Positions 1-9,661 of a stretch of DNA of 48,437 nt are shown piece after piece. The position numbers and the translations under genes were made by a program. The DNA lies in contig JBGCEP010000009.1 in the NCBI GenBank assembly GCA_045106415.1, positions 1 through 48,437 of the forward strand, read 5' to 3'. Each line of letters begins with the position of its first letter. The stretch's first letter is position 1. The notes under the pieces are model-generated. The model had not been told where the DNA came from. It saw nothing but the letters and a program-made list of their open reading frames with translations, and searched no databases. Origin of the DNA: Oligoflexales bacterium (GTDB taxonomy: Bacteria; Bdellovibrionota_B; Oligoflexia; Oligoflexales; Bog-1112).

Positions 1-1
1 T

Positions 2-67
2 TAAATCTTGCATGACGCCCGCCACCAAGCCTAAGTGGTCGATTCTCTTAATAGCAATTTGCTTCAT
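2..67 (-). mobile_element. 5' fragment of IS1634-family (DUF4277) transposase, truncated by the window edge
   Basis: Not in the ORF track. The minus strand reads AGGAGG (80-75), then ATG at 67: MKQIAIKRIDHLGLVAGVMQDL, running off the edge. DHLGxVAG is the characteristic N-terminal motif of IS1634/DUF4277 transposases. Confidence 0.75.
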
Positions 68-206
68 CTAACGCCCTCCTGTTTTAAAGACTATAAAAAC
101 AAGAGGTTAAAATTACGAGGAAATCATTTATGACTGATCAATGCCGGATTCATCATAGTAAATGAGAAAAACAGGTTTTTATATCTTTCTACTCGGGAAG
201 GAAGAC

Positions 207-641
207 GTGAAGAAAATCTCACTAATTATTCTGTTTATGACGTGTTTAGCGGCAAATCTTTCTGCAACTCCATTCAGAAGATTCACTCAAAGCCAGCTAA
301 TGAAAGAACTTAACAGACATCTCCCAAAAGACTCTAGCAACCTTTATAGTTCCGTATTTTTTGTAGGCAGTATTCCGATAGGATTTTATCGTGCAAGCCA
401 ATATGAAGCAGAGCACTATGAAGCGCATAGAAAATCAAGTCGAATCAAAGGTGCTGAGGCATGCATTATGCTAATACCTTTGGCGATGAGGCTGCCCGTT
501 CTGCCTATTGCTGCGGGTCGGGAAATCGGTGAAACATTCTATAGTGTCATTCGTTCAACAGAGAACAATCTTGATGGAGAAGAGCTTGCGCCAACTGCAG
601 GCGATAATTCAGCTGCCCTTTTAAGGCTTCTCTTGGATTAA
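207..641 (+). CDS. hypothetical exported protein
   Basis: ORF 162-641. GTG at 207 after AAGGA gives a signal-peptide-like start (KKISLIILFMTCLAANLSA). No family recognised. Confidence 0.6.
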   Translation: MKKISLIILFMTCLAANLSATPFRRFTQSQLMKELNRHLPKDSSNLYSSVFFVGSIPIGFYRASQYEAEHYEAHRKSSRIKGAEACIMLIPLAMRLPVLPIAAGREIGETFYSVIRSTENNLDGEELAPTAGDNSAALLRLLLD

Positions 642-977
642 GTTGGAGTCTTGGATTTTGTTAGGCTCTTTCTTTTCAAGGCATTCCTCATAATCACTTT
701 TTATATCTTTGATGCTAATAGCGCGCAATTTGATCAACTTAAGTAAATGATATCTATTATATTTTTACGATGTCTTTCTGAGTTGAAGGTAATGTTCCGC
801 TAGGAATTTGATTGTGATTTAAAAATTTCGTAGTAAAAAAACAGATCAAAGTTTTCAATATTCGTTGGAATTTTGATTTCTAGGATCTTAGATAACAGGC
901 CTGTCTTGACTCTTCTTGAGAGCCTTTGTATTTTTCTATGGCCTGGGTGTATGACTCCTGTGAAAAAGAGGTTTTCT

Positions 978-1877
978 ATGAAATTTGCATTCGAGAAATG
1001 GCATGGTTGTGCTAATGATTTTATCATTTTTTGGGTTAGCCGTAATGACGGAGATATGATTTTAGATGTGATTCGTCGGAAAACTTCAGAGTTGTGTGCG
1101 AGAGGTGGTGGTGGTGTCGCTGCAGATGGAGTTTTGGTTTTGCATACAGAGTCTCGTGATGATGTGATGCCTCACCGTCTAACAATTTTTAATGCTGATG
1201 GTTCAGAAGCTGCAGCTTGTGGCAATGGAACTCGATGTGCAGCAGCGAGTATATTAAAGCGACATCAAGATCGTGGCGTTGACTTAGAGCATGGTTTTAT
1301 TCAACTCTTGGTTAAAAATCGTCAATTAAGTTGTCAGCTCCTACCTGTGAAACACTCAGGTGGCTGGCCGTACGTTATGGTAGATATGGGTTCATGCATT
1401 GTAGAAACTGTTGAAACAGAACTGTCACAGCGTTTAAAGAGTTCTTTGAGTGCAACTAGTAGTTGTACTGTAACGGTTGGAAATGTGCATCTTGTTGTCT
1501 TTCAAGATGATGAACCAAGTATTCAGAAGCTTGCAAGAGCGAATCTTCAAAAAGTGTACCAAGATACAAATGTTCATTTGGCTCAAGAGTGCGAGATTTC
1601 TGATGCTGATAATAATCAAGCTCATCATATTTTACAGGCATGTATAAAGCAAAAAGTGAAAATCCAGTCTTGGGAAAGAGGTGTTGGGCCAACGCAAGCT
1701 TGTGCGTCAGGCGCAAGTGCGGTGTGCGCAGCGGTGATGGCAGAAGGTTTTGTACCTCAAGGATCTTGGATTCTTATTGAAAACCCTGGGGGGCTTTTGT
1801 ATTGCAAGCAAGAAGAACAAAATCTGATTCAAGTAGGCCCAGCGGTGCTTAGCTTTGAGGGTGTGGTGTCTTTATAA
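978..1877 (+). CDS. dapF: diaminopimelate epimerase
   Basis: MKFAFEKWHGCANDF N-terminus after a GAGG RBS; ADGVL, NADGSEAAACGNGTRC, GNVHLV and WERGVGPTQAC motifs, with both catalytic Cys present. Confidence 0.93.
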   Translation: MKFAFEKWHGCANDFIIFWVSRNDGDMILDVIRRKTSELCARGGGGVAADGVLVLHTESRDDVMPHRLTIFNADGSEAAACGNGTRCAAASILKRHQDRGVDLEHGFIQLLVKNRQLSCQLLPVKHSGGWPYVMVDMGSCIVETVETELSQRLKSSLSATSSCTVTVGNVHLVVFQDDEPSIQKLARANLQKVYQDTNVHLAQECEISDADNNQAHHILQACIKQKVKIQSWERGVGPTQACASGASAVCAAVMAEGFVPQGSWILIENPGGLLYCKQEEQNLIQVGPAVLSFEGVVSL

Positions 1878-2669
1878 ATGTTTTGCGACTTCTTGAAGAT
1901 TTTGTACTTGAAGATGTTGTGGGCTCTGCAAAGGGTAATTCCCTTGGTAAATAAAACTTTTTAATTCTGGTATTTGAATGTTGTCGCTGTCTTTATCTCC
2001 AACCATAAAGCTTTGTGAAAGATTTATATCATGATCGTCACAAGCTTGAAGAAGCATACCAGGATGAGGTTTGCGGAAAAGGGAGTCTTTCTTAAAAAGA
2101 CTTCCTTTTTTGTGCCATGGGCAGTAGTAAATGCCATCGAGGCGAATACTGAAATTTAAGAGTTTCTCTTCGATTGCTTTTGTGAAAATACGATATTGTT
2201 CTTCGTTGAATATTTCTTTTGCGAGTCCAGCTTGATTTGTCACAATAATGACTTTGTAATTTTTTTCTTGCGCTGTTTGAATAAGGGGTATGGCATCTGT
2301 GATGAGGTGAAGCTCTTTTGGTTTATGAGGGTATCCTGTGTCTTCGATTAAAATTCCATCGCGATCAAGAAATAAGCAGGGGTGTGTCCCTTTTTTCTTT
2401 GGGAAAGGAGTGCCAAAAGCGATATTTTTCTTGATTAAGATATCGATAGGTTCATTTATTTGTGCAGTATTTGCAGACCAAGATGTCTTTTGTAGAGTGT
2501 AGCCATCTTCTCCTTTTTTTGCTGTTCTTAATTTGTATTTGTCGTCAATGCGATACCCTTTTTCATATTCAATAGGTGTGCTGAGATGAAATGTAACTCC
2601 ATCGTTGTGAGTTGTAGATAGGATGTTTTGCAAAGCTTGATCTTCAGGGGGGTTCATCCAAGTGAGCAT
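1872..2669 (-). CDS. gmhB: D-glycero-D-manno-heptose 1,7-bisphosphate phosphatase (HAD IIIA) with about 95-aa N-terminal extension
   Basis: FLDRDG, VTNQAG, YYCPWH, RKPHPGM and MVGDKDSD motifs; heptosyl- and Kdo-transferase genes nearby. Start could be 2693. Confidence 0.85.
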   Translation of the reverse strand: MLTWMNPPEDQALQNILSTTHNDGVTFHLSTPIEYEKGYRIDDKYKLRTAKKGEDGYTLQKTSWSANTAQINEPIDILIKKNIAFGTPFPKKKGTHPCLFLDRDGILIEDTGYPHKPKELHLITDAIPLIQTAQEKNYKVIIVTNQAGLAKEIFNEEQYRIFTKAIEEKLLNFSIRLDGIYYCPWHKKGSLFKKDSLFRKPHPGMLLQACDDHDINLSQSFMVGDKDSDNIQIPELKSFIYQGNYPLQSPQHLQVQNLQEVAKHL

Positions 2670-2839
2670 GTGATTTCCCTTTGATAAAATCATTCTAAGA
2701 GTATTCAGATGTAAAAGAGTTTATTGTATTCCTTAAAAAATAACTCCTTAAAATCTATGTGAAATATATATTTTGTAAAAATATTTTTGAGCTAAACCGC
2801 CATAATGGAGATTAAAGATGGTCTGTAAGTATTCGTGAT

Positions 2840-2866
2840 AAATGCTCTACTGGAGCATTTCTTTTT
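2840..2866 (+). terminator. possible intrinsic terminator or leader hairpin upstream of the acyltransferase pair
   Basis: AAATGCTC-TACTG-GAGCATTT followed by CTTTTT. Confidence 0.35.
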
Positions 2867-2974
2867 GAGGTCACGATGATTATGTCGCTTCGAGTGATGG
2901 TGTTTGATTTTTATCATGATGTGTTGTAGTTTTCTGACGAACGTTTTTTAGAACGATTTATACTGAGTTTTATC

Positions 2975-3727
2975 ATGAAATCATTGTTGCCTCTTTCGCG
3001 ATCACATCAGAAGATCTGTTTATCTACAGTTAAAAAAACTTTACCATTATGGAAAGCTTTAAGCCGCTATCATCAGTATGATGTTTCTGGAATTGAGAAT
3101 ATTCCGCGTAAAGGAAGAGCAATGATTGTAGTAAACCATAGTTTAGCGACTTATGATGTGCTTTTATTACAAACTGCTATTTATAAAACTTTGAATCGAG
3201 TTCCACGGCCATTGGTTGATCATTTGTTTTTCAAAGTTCCATATTTAGGACCTTTAGCTGAGAGATTAGGCGCGGTTGAAGGAAACCCTGAAAATGCAGG
3301 AAGATTGTTGCGAGCGGGGGAACTATTGACTATTGCACCAGGAGGCATGAAAGAAGCTCTCATGCCTTCTGATCAAAAATATCAAATTTGTTGGAGTGAA
3401 AGAAAAGGTTTTGCGCGTCTTGCTATAGAAACAAAAACCCCAGTTGTAATCGCTGTGTGCCCTAAGGCAGATGAGCTTTATAAAATATATCCTAGTTACT
3501 TAAGTGATTTTATTTATCATAAATTTAAAATTCCATTTTTTATAGCAAGGGGACTGGGTCCGACGTTGATTCCTAAACCTGTCCCATTAAAGCATCATTT
3601 AAGTGCTTCTATTCGGCCTCCTCGAATGATTGAAGATCCTGTGAAAAGAGAGAAACAAATAGAGCGCTTTCACAAAAAACTTGTCAAAACAGCTGAGGAT
3701 CTCATTCAAGCTTCAATCAGTATATAA
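2975..3727 (+). CDS. lysophospholipid acyltransferase family protein (MGAT/DGAT2/TMEM68-like), paralogue 1
   Basis: NHSLATYD (HxxxxD), IAPGGMKEA, W.ERKGFARLA and PVV motifs. Confidence 0.88.
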   Translation: MKSLLPLSRSHQKICLSTVKKTLPLWKALSRYHQYDVSGIENIPRKGRAMIVVNHSLATYDVLLLQTAIYKTLNRVPRPLVDHLFFKVPYLGPLAERLGAVEGNPENAGRLLRAGELLTIAPGGMKEALMPSDQKYQICWSERKGFARLAIETKTPVVIAVCPKADELYKIYPSYLSDFIYHKFKIPFFIARGLGPTLIPKPVPLKHHLSASIRPPRMIEDPVKREKQIERFHKKLVKTAEDLIQASISI

Positions 3728-3757
3728 TCGTTTCATTACTGTGCCATGGAGTGTGAG

Positions 3758-4489
3758 ATGAGTATTGTTGAAAAAGTGATTCCAATCTTAAAATTTTTAA
3801 AATTCTATCATCAACATAAAGTTGTTGGGCTGGAGCGGCTTCCTGAACATGGAGCTGCTTTAGTGCTTTTTAATCATAGTTTGGCGACTTATGATATGGG
3901 GTTGTTTGGGTATGCTTCTTATGAAAAATATGGTCGTTTTCCTCGAGTTTTAGCAGATCACTTTTTCTTTAAAGCAGACTGGATGGCGCAACTTGTAGAA
4001 GGAATTGGTGGTGTTGATGGGAATATGGATAATGGTCTTGAGTTATTAAAAAAAGGAGAGTTAGTAGGAATTGCACCAGGGGGTATGCGAGAATCTTTGC
4101 GACCTTCTTCTCAAAGGTACCAACTTTTATGGGAGCGTCGAAAAGGCTTCGCGAAAATGGCGATTCAGGCTCAAGTGCCTGTGATTATAACTATTTGTCC
4201 TCGAGCAGATGACTTGTATGACGTGTACCCGTTTCCTATGACAAAAGCAATTTATAAACGATGGAAATTTCCTTTTTTTCTAGCTCGTGGTTTTGGTTTG
4301 TCGCTGCTGCCTCGGCCTGTGCAATTGACTCATTATGTGTCTGAGCCAATTCAGCCCCCTAAGCTTCCGAAGCATAAAAAAAAACAAGAACAAGTTTTTG
4401 AAGAATTCCATCAATTTCTTGTAGAGAGTGCTCAAAAATTATTAGCACAGGCGGTCATTACGCCTTATTCTTTAGAAAAGAAATTATGA
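3758..4489 (+). CDS. lysophospholipid acyltransferase family protein, paralogue 2
   Basis: NHSLATYD, IAPGGMRES and WERRKGFAKMA; co-linear with the upstream gene. Start 3746 or 3758 (GGAG RBS favours 3758). Confidence 0.88.
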   Translation: MSIVEKVIPILKFLKFYHQHKVVGLERLPEHGAALVLFNHSLATYDMGLFGYASYEKYGRFPRVLADHFFFKADWMAQLVEGIGGVDGNMDNGLELLKKGELVGIAPGGMRESLRPSSQRYQLLWERRKGFAKMAIQAQVPVIITICPRADDLYDVYPFPMTKAIYKRWKFPFFLARGFGLSLLPRPVQLTHYVSEPIQPPKLPKHKKKQEQVFEEFHQFLVESAQKLLAQAVITPYSLEKKL

Positions 4490-5842
4490 CGGTGAAACCG
4501 TGATTTCATGGCCTTCTGTTTTTAGGTGTAGAAGGGATGTGAAATATCTTTCCACATCAGGAGTTTGAAACCATTCCATTGCTTGGCGAGGCCCTGTGAT
4601 GTGAATGTTTTTATGTGAAGCTTGAAGATATGCTGCTTTACGAAATGCGGCCATACATTGGGCTTTTATAGAAAGTCGTAATCCGGTCTGTTTACAGATA
4701 CTACAAGGTGTTGTGGTCATCTGTGATAAAGGTGGATAACTTCTTTTTCGAGTTAATTGGATGAGTCCAAGTTCGTTTAGAGGAAGAATCCGGTGAGCAA
4801 CGGGGTCTTGGTTCATCCAATTCTGAAACTCTTTTTCTATAGATGCGCGATTTTGGGCTGTGGTCATATCGATGAAGTCAATGATAAGAATACCTACAAG
4901 ATTGCGCAACCGAATCTGAAGAGCAATGGCCTTGCAGGCTTCTAAATTTGTTTTCAGAATAGTGTCTTGAAGATGCGTACCTTTCGATGATCGAGCTGTG
5001 TTGATATCGATGGATGTGAGAGCTTCAGTTGATTGAATGACAATATTTCCACCAGATGGCAGTTCGACCTTAGATTTAAATGCATTTTGAATACTTTTTT
5101 CGATACCCAGTGTTTCAAATAAAGGTCTCGGATCGTGATATGTTTTCCATTGAGCTGAAAGTAAAAAGTTAGGTTTAAGTGGGAAAGGCTGTGCGTGGTC
5201 GCTGATGACTTCATCAAAATGATAACGGCCCCAATGAGTAAGAATTCCATGGCGCATTTCTATAGGTTGATGGTGGATTAAGGATGGCGCAGAAATTTTT
5301 GGTGTTTGTTCAAAAATAGAAACTTGATTTGATAATGTCTTCCAATCTTGCTCTAAAGAATTGAAATCTATATCAGCGGCGCGAGTTCGAAGTAAAATCC
5401 CATGCTGTAGAGTAAGAGAAGTAGCCCAATTTTGTAATCTCTGAACCTGTTTCTTATCATTGATTTTATTTGAAATTTTAATTACGCCAGGCTGGTTATA
5501 AAGTAAAACGAGGTTTTCTGTTGTAAAGGTTAATGACGTTGAGACTTGTGGGCCTTTTGTCGGTGTCCCTTCTTTTATCACTTGTACAAGAATAGAATCA
5601 CCTTGACGAAGTTTAACTTCTGATGTTTCTTGAAGAAAACCTTTTTGCTCTTTTGTAATGTGAAGAAAAGCACCTGCTAATCCAGGGAGTACTCGATCTA
5701 TTTTTGCATGATAGACTTGGCCAATTTTAGCTTTGACTGTTTGAGTGTCTTCTATAAAAAGCTCTTTTAGAACACCGTCTTCTAAGTAGGCAAAACGATG
5801 TTCAAAAGGAGTCATGTTAATCGCTAGAGTTTGTTTGGACAT
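4484..5842 (-). CDS. rng: ribonuclease G (Rne/Rng family)
   Basis: S1 domain (VLPGLAGAF, VQVIKEG..TKGP), TEALTSIDIN, TNLEA, QIRLRNLVGILIIDFIDM, QLTRKR and a CxxC Zn link; no RNase E C-terminal tail. Confidence 0.92.
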   Translation of the reverse strand: MSKQTLAINMTPFEHRFAYLEDGVLKELFIEDTQTVKAKIGQVYHAKIDRVLPGLAGAFLHITKEQKGFLQETSEVKLRQGDSILVQVIKEGTPTKGPQVSTSLTFTTENLVLLYNQPGVIKISNKINDKKQVQRLQNWATSLTLQHGILLRTRAADIDFNSLEQDWKTLSNQVSIFEQTPKISAPSLIHHQPIEMRHGILTHWGRYHFDEVISDHAQPFPLKPNFLLSAQWKTYHDPRPLFETLGIEKSIQNAFKSKVELPSGGNIVIQSTEALTSIDINTARSSKGTHLQDTILKTNLEACKAIALQIRLRNLVGILIIDFIDMTTAQNRASIEKEFQNWMNQDPVAHRILPLNELGLIQLTRKRSYPPLSQMTTTPCSICKQTGLRLSIKAQCMAAFRKAAYLQASHKNIHITGPRQAMEWFQTPDVERYFTSLLHLKTEGHEITVSPS

Positions 5843-7067
5843 AATGCTGACCTATCAGATGAGAGAGTATGCGATCAGAAGCTCCCATCCACTGATGAAG
5901 ATGTTGAGCTAAGCGATCAGGTTGGTGATGATGGATGTTGTCCCACCAATGCGTAAGCTCGTGTGATGAGCGTACAACGGTTGCTAGAGAGTTGTGTACC
6001 AGACTTATGGCTTCAGGGCTATTCTCATAATATTGTCCAAAAGAAAGAGGAAGAAAATGGATAGCTGGTTCGAGGACATTATGTACTTGGTGATGAGTGC
6101 CACCGCCGACCATAACGGCGGTGGATATAGAGTAAACCTCTGCTAAAACACCCATTTTATCGAGAATAAAGATTTGTGTGTTTGCTGATAGAGTAGGATT
6201 TTTCGAAAATCTTTGGAAAGTTTTATGGTGCTGTGTGCAAATAGATTCTAAGGCGATAAGGTTGTTTTCTGTGAGTTGATGAGGAACACATAAAATTTGA
6301 GCAGGTACACTGAACTGAGAAGACGCTGTGAGAACCATTTCTAAGTCTGTGGGCCATGCGCTTCCAATAGTGAGAACTTTTTTATGAGTAAAAACATTTT
6401 TGAGATTGTGAAGAAGATATTGAGCTGTTGAGGAAGGATTGTGTTTTCGATCGTAAACTCGATCGTACTTTGTGTCACCGAGAGAGTAGGTTTTTTTCAC
6501 TCCGAGTGTTTTGAAATATTCTGCATCTAAATCTTCGACAACAAAAATTGTAGTAACAAATTTTAAGAGTTTGGATTTTACACAGTCTTTTAGCCAAGAT
6601 CTTTTTCCTCCAACGCGTGTTGCATTGATTAAAAAGACCGGTCCATAATGCTTCGCGTTGAATAGAAAAGCAGGCCAAAGTTCATGCCTTACTAAAATTG
6701 TTGCCGTTGGCTGAAGTTGCTGGAACCATTTTTTCCAGTGCCAAATCGTATCTATTGGAGATAAATAATATGGAATTTTTTCTTTGCGTTTTTCTGCAAA
6801 GCTGTAGCCAGAGATAGAGAAGAAAACAATATATACTGCTTGACCTGCAGTTTGTAAGCGATCCATAAGAGGTTTGGCTTGTTCATATTCTCCAGCTGAA
6901 CTACAAAAAAAGAGTATCCCACCCTTTTGGGTGTGAGGTATCGTCTTACGATAAGCGTGAGAATGTTTTTGAGAGGGGAAAGCTAGAAAAATTTTCCCTA
7001 AAATATAAGCAAAAATTGACCAAATAGTTAGGAGGGCTTTTGTGAGGTTGGAATGTGATTTCGCCAT
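5817..7067 (-). CDS. waaA: 3-deoxy-D-manno-octulosonic acid transferase
   Basis: CSSAGE (HAASVGE-like), SPID, ELWP, INA, GDTKYD, DKMGVLAEVY and HNVLEPA motifs. Confidence 0.9.
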   Translation of the reverse strand: MAKSHSNLTKALLTIWSIFAYILGKIFLAFPSQKHSHAYRKTIPHTQKGGILFFCSSAGEYEQAKPLMDRLQTAGQAVYIVFFSISGYSFAEKRKEKIPYYLSPIDTIWHWKKWFQQLQPTATILVRHELWPAFLFNAKHYGPVFLINATRVGGKRSWLKDCVKSKLLKFVTTIFVVEDLDAEYFKTLGVKKTYSLGDTKYDRVYDRKHNPSSTAQYLLHNLKNVFTHKKVLTIGSAWPTDLEMVLTASSQFSVPAQILCVPHQLTENNLIALESICTQHHKTFQRFSKNPTLSANTQIFILDKMGVLAEVYSISTAVMVGGGTHHQVHNVLEPAIHFLPLSFGQYYENSPEAISLVHNSLATVVRSSHELTHWWDNIHHHQPDRLAQHLHQWMGASDRILSHLIGQHYVQTNSSD

Positions 7068-8158
7068 AATTGTCCCATAATATGTTCTGCAACCGAATCC
7101 GCTTGAATTCCTTGGTAACATAAATAATCTTCAAATCGGCATGGGTTTTTACCATGCAAAGAGCAAGGCCTGCAGCCTAATGGTACTGAAAAAGCACGGC
7201 TAGAGGAACTGTGAGGTGCAAATCCAAACTGTTCTGTTGTCGGTCCAAAAAGAATAGAGACAGGTGTTTGGACTGCCTCAGCAAGATGAGCTGGTGCAGA
7301 ATCATTTCCTAATAAAATCGAGCAATGTTTTAAAATAGCTGTTGTTTCTACTAAGCTAAGTTCTCCTGCTAGATTTAAAGAATGAGGTGTCCAAGACAAA
7401 CTATCTAAGAGTTGGCGAGAACGAGATCTTTCTTCGCGTGTTCCCAATAGAACAAGGCCTAGGTTGTTTTTCCATGCGTCAGGAACTTTTTGAAAAAGTT
7501 CCTCTAAGATACGAGTAAAGATCTGTACCGGAGCCTGTTTAGGAAGATGAGATGCGCCTGGAGCGATGGCGAGCCACTGGTAGGCATCCATGTTTTGGAG
7601 CCAAGGAGTTGTGGTCGGTAAGTGGTTGATGGGGAGCTGTGGTCGTGCTTCTGTTTTGAGAATTTGATCATGCATATCTTCAGGAAGATGCTCTGTCAAA
7701 GCCTTTTTAAGCGTGTCCACCATTGCTTGAAAGTTCCAGCTTGTCGGTTGGCTTTTTAGATTTTGACTGCGACCATATAAATACGCTTTTGTTACGAGAA
7801 ACCGGCGCTTTGTCCACATTTTAGATGGTGCGTATGTTTTTCTTTTGGTGAGAAAATAAAATTGCTGGCGCAGAAGAACGCTTCGAGCATTGTTTTGTAA
7901 ATCAATGATAAAATGGCAGTTATTTAAATTGTTTAAGATAGATGAACGAGGATCGCTGAGTGAAGAAGCACGGATGTTTGGCCAGCAGCTTTTTATTAAA
8001 CTCAGTGAGGGATCTTTGCCAACCCATGTGACTTCCCAGCGAATTGGTAATTGCTCTAGGAGGTGAAGCAGTGATGTTGCCAGAACGACATCACCAATTG
8101 CGCTAGAACGTAAGATTCCAATCTTCAAAGTTGGGTGATGCTGAATCTGTTGAAACAT
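7028..8158 (-). CDS. glycosyltransferase family 9 (LPS heptosyltransferase, WaaF/WaaC-like)
   Basis: RSSAIGDVVL, IDLQ, IAPGA, GNDSAPAHLA, LFGPT and CRPC...C motifs. Confidence 0.9.
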   Translation of the reverse strand: MFQQIQHHPTLKIGILRSSAIGDVVLATSLLHLLEQLPIRWEVTWVGKDPSLSLIKSCWPNIRASSLSDPRSSILNNLNNCHFIIDLQNNARSVLLRQQFYFLTKRKTYAPSKMWTKRRFLVTKAYLYGRSQNLKSQPTSWNFQAMVDTLKKALTEHLPEDMHDQILKTEARPQLPINHLPTTTPWLQNMDAYQWLAIAPGASHLPKQAPVQIFTRILEELFQKVPDAWKNNLGLVLLGTREERSRSRQLLDSLSWTPHSLNLAGELSLVETTAILKHCSILLGNDSAPAHLAEAVQTPVSILFGPTTEQFGFAPHSSSSRAFSVPLGCRPCSLHGKNPCRFEDYLCYQGIQADSVAEHIMGQLWRNHIPTSQKPS

Positions 8159-8257
8159 GAAATCTCCATTGTTATCCTCACATTCTACTAAATGAATCTT
8201 AAAAAAACAGCAAGTTATCTATATTTTTAATCAGAAAAACAGCTTTTGCGATGTGTC

Positions 8258-8266
8258 TGTTATAAT
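8258..8266 (+). promoter_or_regulatory. putative extended -10 sigma70 promoter for the envelope operon
   Basis: TGTTATAAT (TGnTATAAT) about 33 bp upstream of the ATG at 8299. Confidence 0.5.
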
Positions 8267-8298
8267 AGGGGTGTTTCATTCGGTCGTTGGAGATTGAA

Positions 8299-9129
8299 AT
8301 GACAGAAAAATTAAATAAGAAGAACAAAGAATTAAACATTATCTATTTTATAGACTCAGCAAGAACAAGGTCGTTCAAGCTGCCTTTGAGTCGCATTGCT
8401 TTAATGTTGCTTCTTTCTATTATGACAATCATTTGGACGGTTTTTTCGACTTTTGCCAATATTTCAGCGTGGGAGTACGTGCAGAGGCAAAACATCCGCC
8501 TTAAAGATGCCATGGCTGTTGTGTTCGATTATCAAATGAAATACGAGAGAGTTTATGAGTGGGCATACCCTGAATCGTTGAATCCGCATATTAATGAAGA
8601 TCATCCTTTAGATGAAGATATGAGCCTTGTTGCTGTCCCGGTAGAAGAGGAAAAAAAACAAGAAACAGTAGTCCAAGAAGAAAAAGAAGAGTTAAGCTCT
8701 TTAGCACAGGTTATGATTGAATCTCCAAAGTTTTATTTTAAAAATCGAAAATTTCATACTAGTTTTGTGCTAAAAAATATGAAAAGCCCAGACCTTGCGG
8801 AAGGCCGAGTTTGGGCAACTGTGAAAGTTCAAACATCAAATGGATCTATGAAAGAGTACTATTATCCAAGCGCTATTCAAAAATTAGAAAATGGTGTTCC
8901 TCAAAATATTCAAAAATCACCCCCGTTTTCCATCCGTAGGTATAAGAAGGAAGAATGTGATTTTCCTATAGCTGAAGGCTTTGTAAAAGACATCACTATC
9001 GGCCTTCTTCTGAAAAATAACCAGCCACAATTTACAGTCATTCCTGTGCAAAAAGAAATTAATGACCTTATAAAAAAAGAGGCTGGGAATGTTGCTACAT
9101 CAAAAAATACTAAAGAGACAAAACATTAA
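8299..9129 (+). CDS. hypothetical single-pass membrane protein with coiled segment and C-terminal beta domain
   Basis: One TM helix (IALMLLLSIMTIIWTVFSTFA), acidic linker, beta-rich C-terminus; GGAG RBS. Confidence 0.75.
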   Translation: MTEKLNKKNKELNIIYFIDSARTRSFKLPLSRIALMLLLSIMTIIWTVFSTFANISAWEYVQRQNIRLKDAMAVVFDYQMKYERVYEWAYPESLNPHINEDHPLDEDMSLVAVPVEEEKKQETVVQEEKEELSSLAQVMIESPKFYFKNRKFHTSFVLKNMKSPDLAEGRVWATVKVQTSNGSMKEYYYPSAIQKLENGVPQNIQKSPPFSIRRYKKEECDFPIAEGFVKDITIGLLLKNNQPQFTVIPVQKEINDLIKKEAGNVATSKNTKETKH

Positions 9130-9661
9130 ATGGTTATTATCTTTGTGCTGTATGGTTTTTTCTTGCTCTCACCGAGATGAGAAGAATTTTTCTAAATCAG
9201 ACTCACAACAAAGAGTCTTAAATATTCCAAAGAACATGGTGTATATCAGTCGTGTTTTAGTTAAGAAAGCAACGTTGCGAAAATCACCATCATTAGATTC
9301 TCCTATCACTGATTATGTTTTAAAACGTCATGAAAAGCTTATTGTCCATGGCAGGTATCAAGAATGGGTTAAAGTTTTTTCTCTTTCTCAAAAGAAGAAA
9401 GCATGGATACATCAAGCTATGATTTCTGAACCTATCAAAAATAGAAAATCATATATGATACCTGAAAAAGGCCTTCAAAAAACAAGAACGACGCAAACAA
9501 TTTATCAAGCGTGGAGTTTTCGGTCTTTAGATGAGATCTCAACAAAAGTTGAGAAAGGCACTCATGTTTATATATTAATGAACAAAAAAAATAAGGCATT
9601 ATCATGGATACCAAAAGAAAAAAAGGTGTTATGGCTACCGCAAAAAACATTGGATTTATAA
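9089..9661 (+). CDS. SH3b-domain lipoprotein
   Basis: Lipobox-like MVFSC; ATLRKSPSLDSPI...YQEWVKV...KAWI SH3b pattern, with a second degenerate SH3-like unit at the C-terminus. Confidence 0.7.
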   Translation: MLLHQKILKRQNIKWLLSLCCMVFSCSHRDEKNFSKSDSQQRVLNIPKNMVYISRVLVKKATLRKSPSLDSPITDYVLKRHEKLIVHGRYQEWVKVFSLSQKKKAWIHQAMISEPIKNRKSYMIPEKGLQKTRTTQTIYQAWSFRSLDEISTKVEKGTHVYILMNKKNKALSWIPKEKKVLWLPQKTLDL

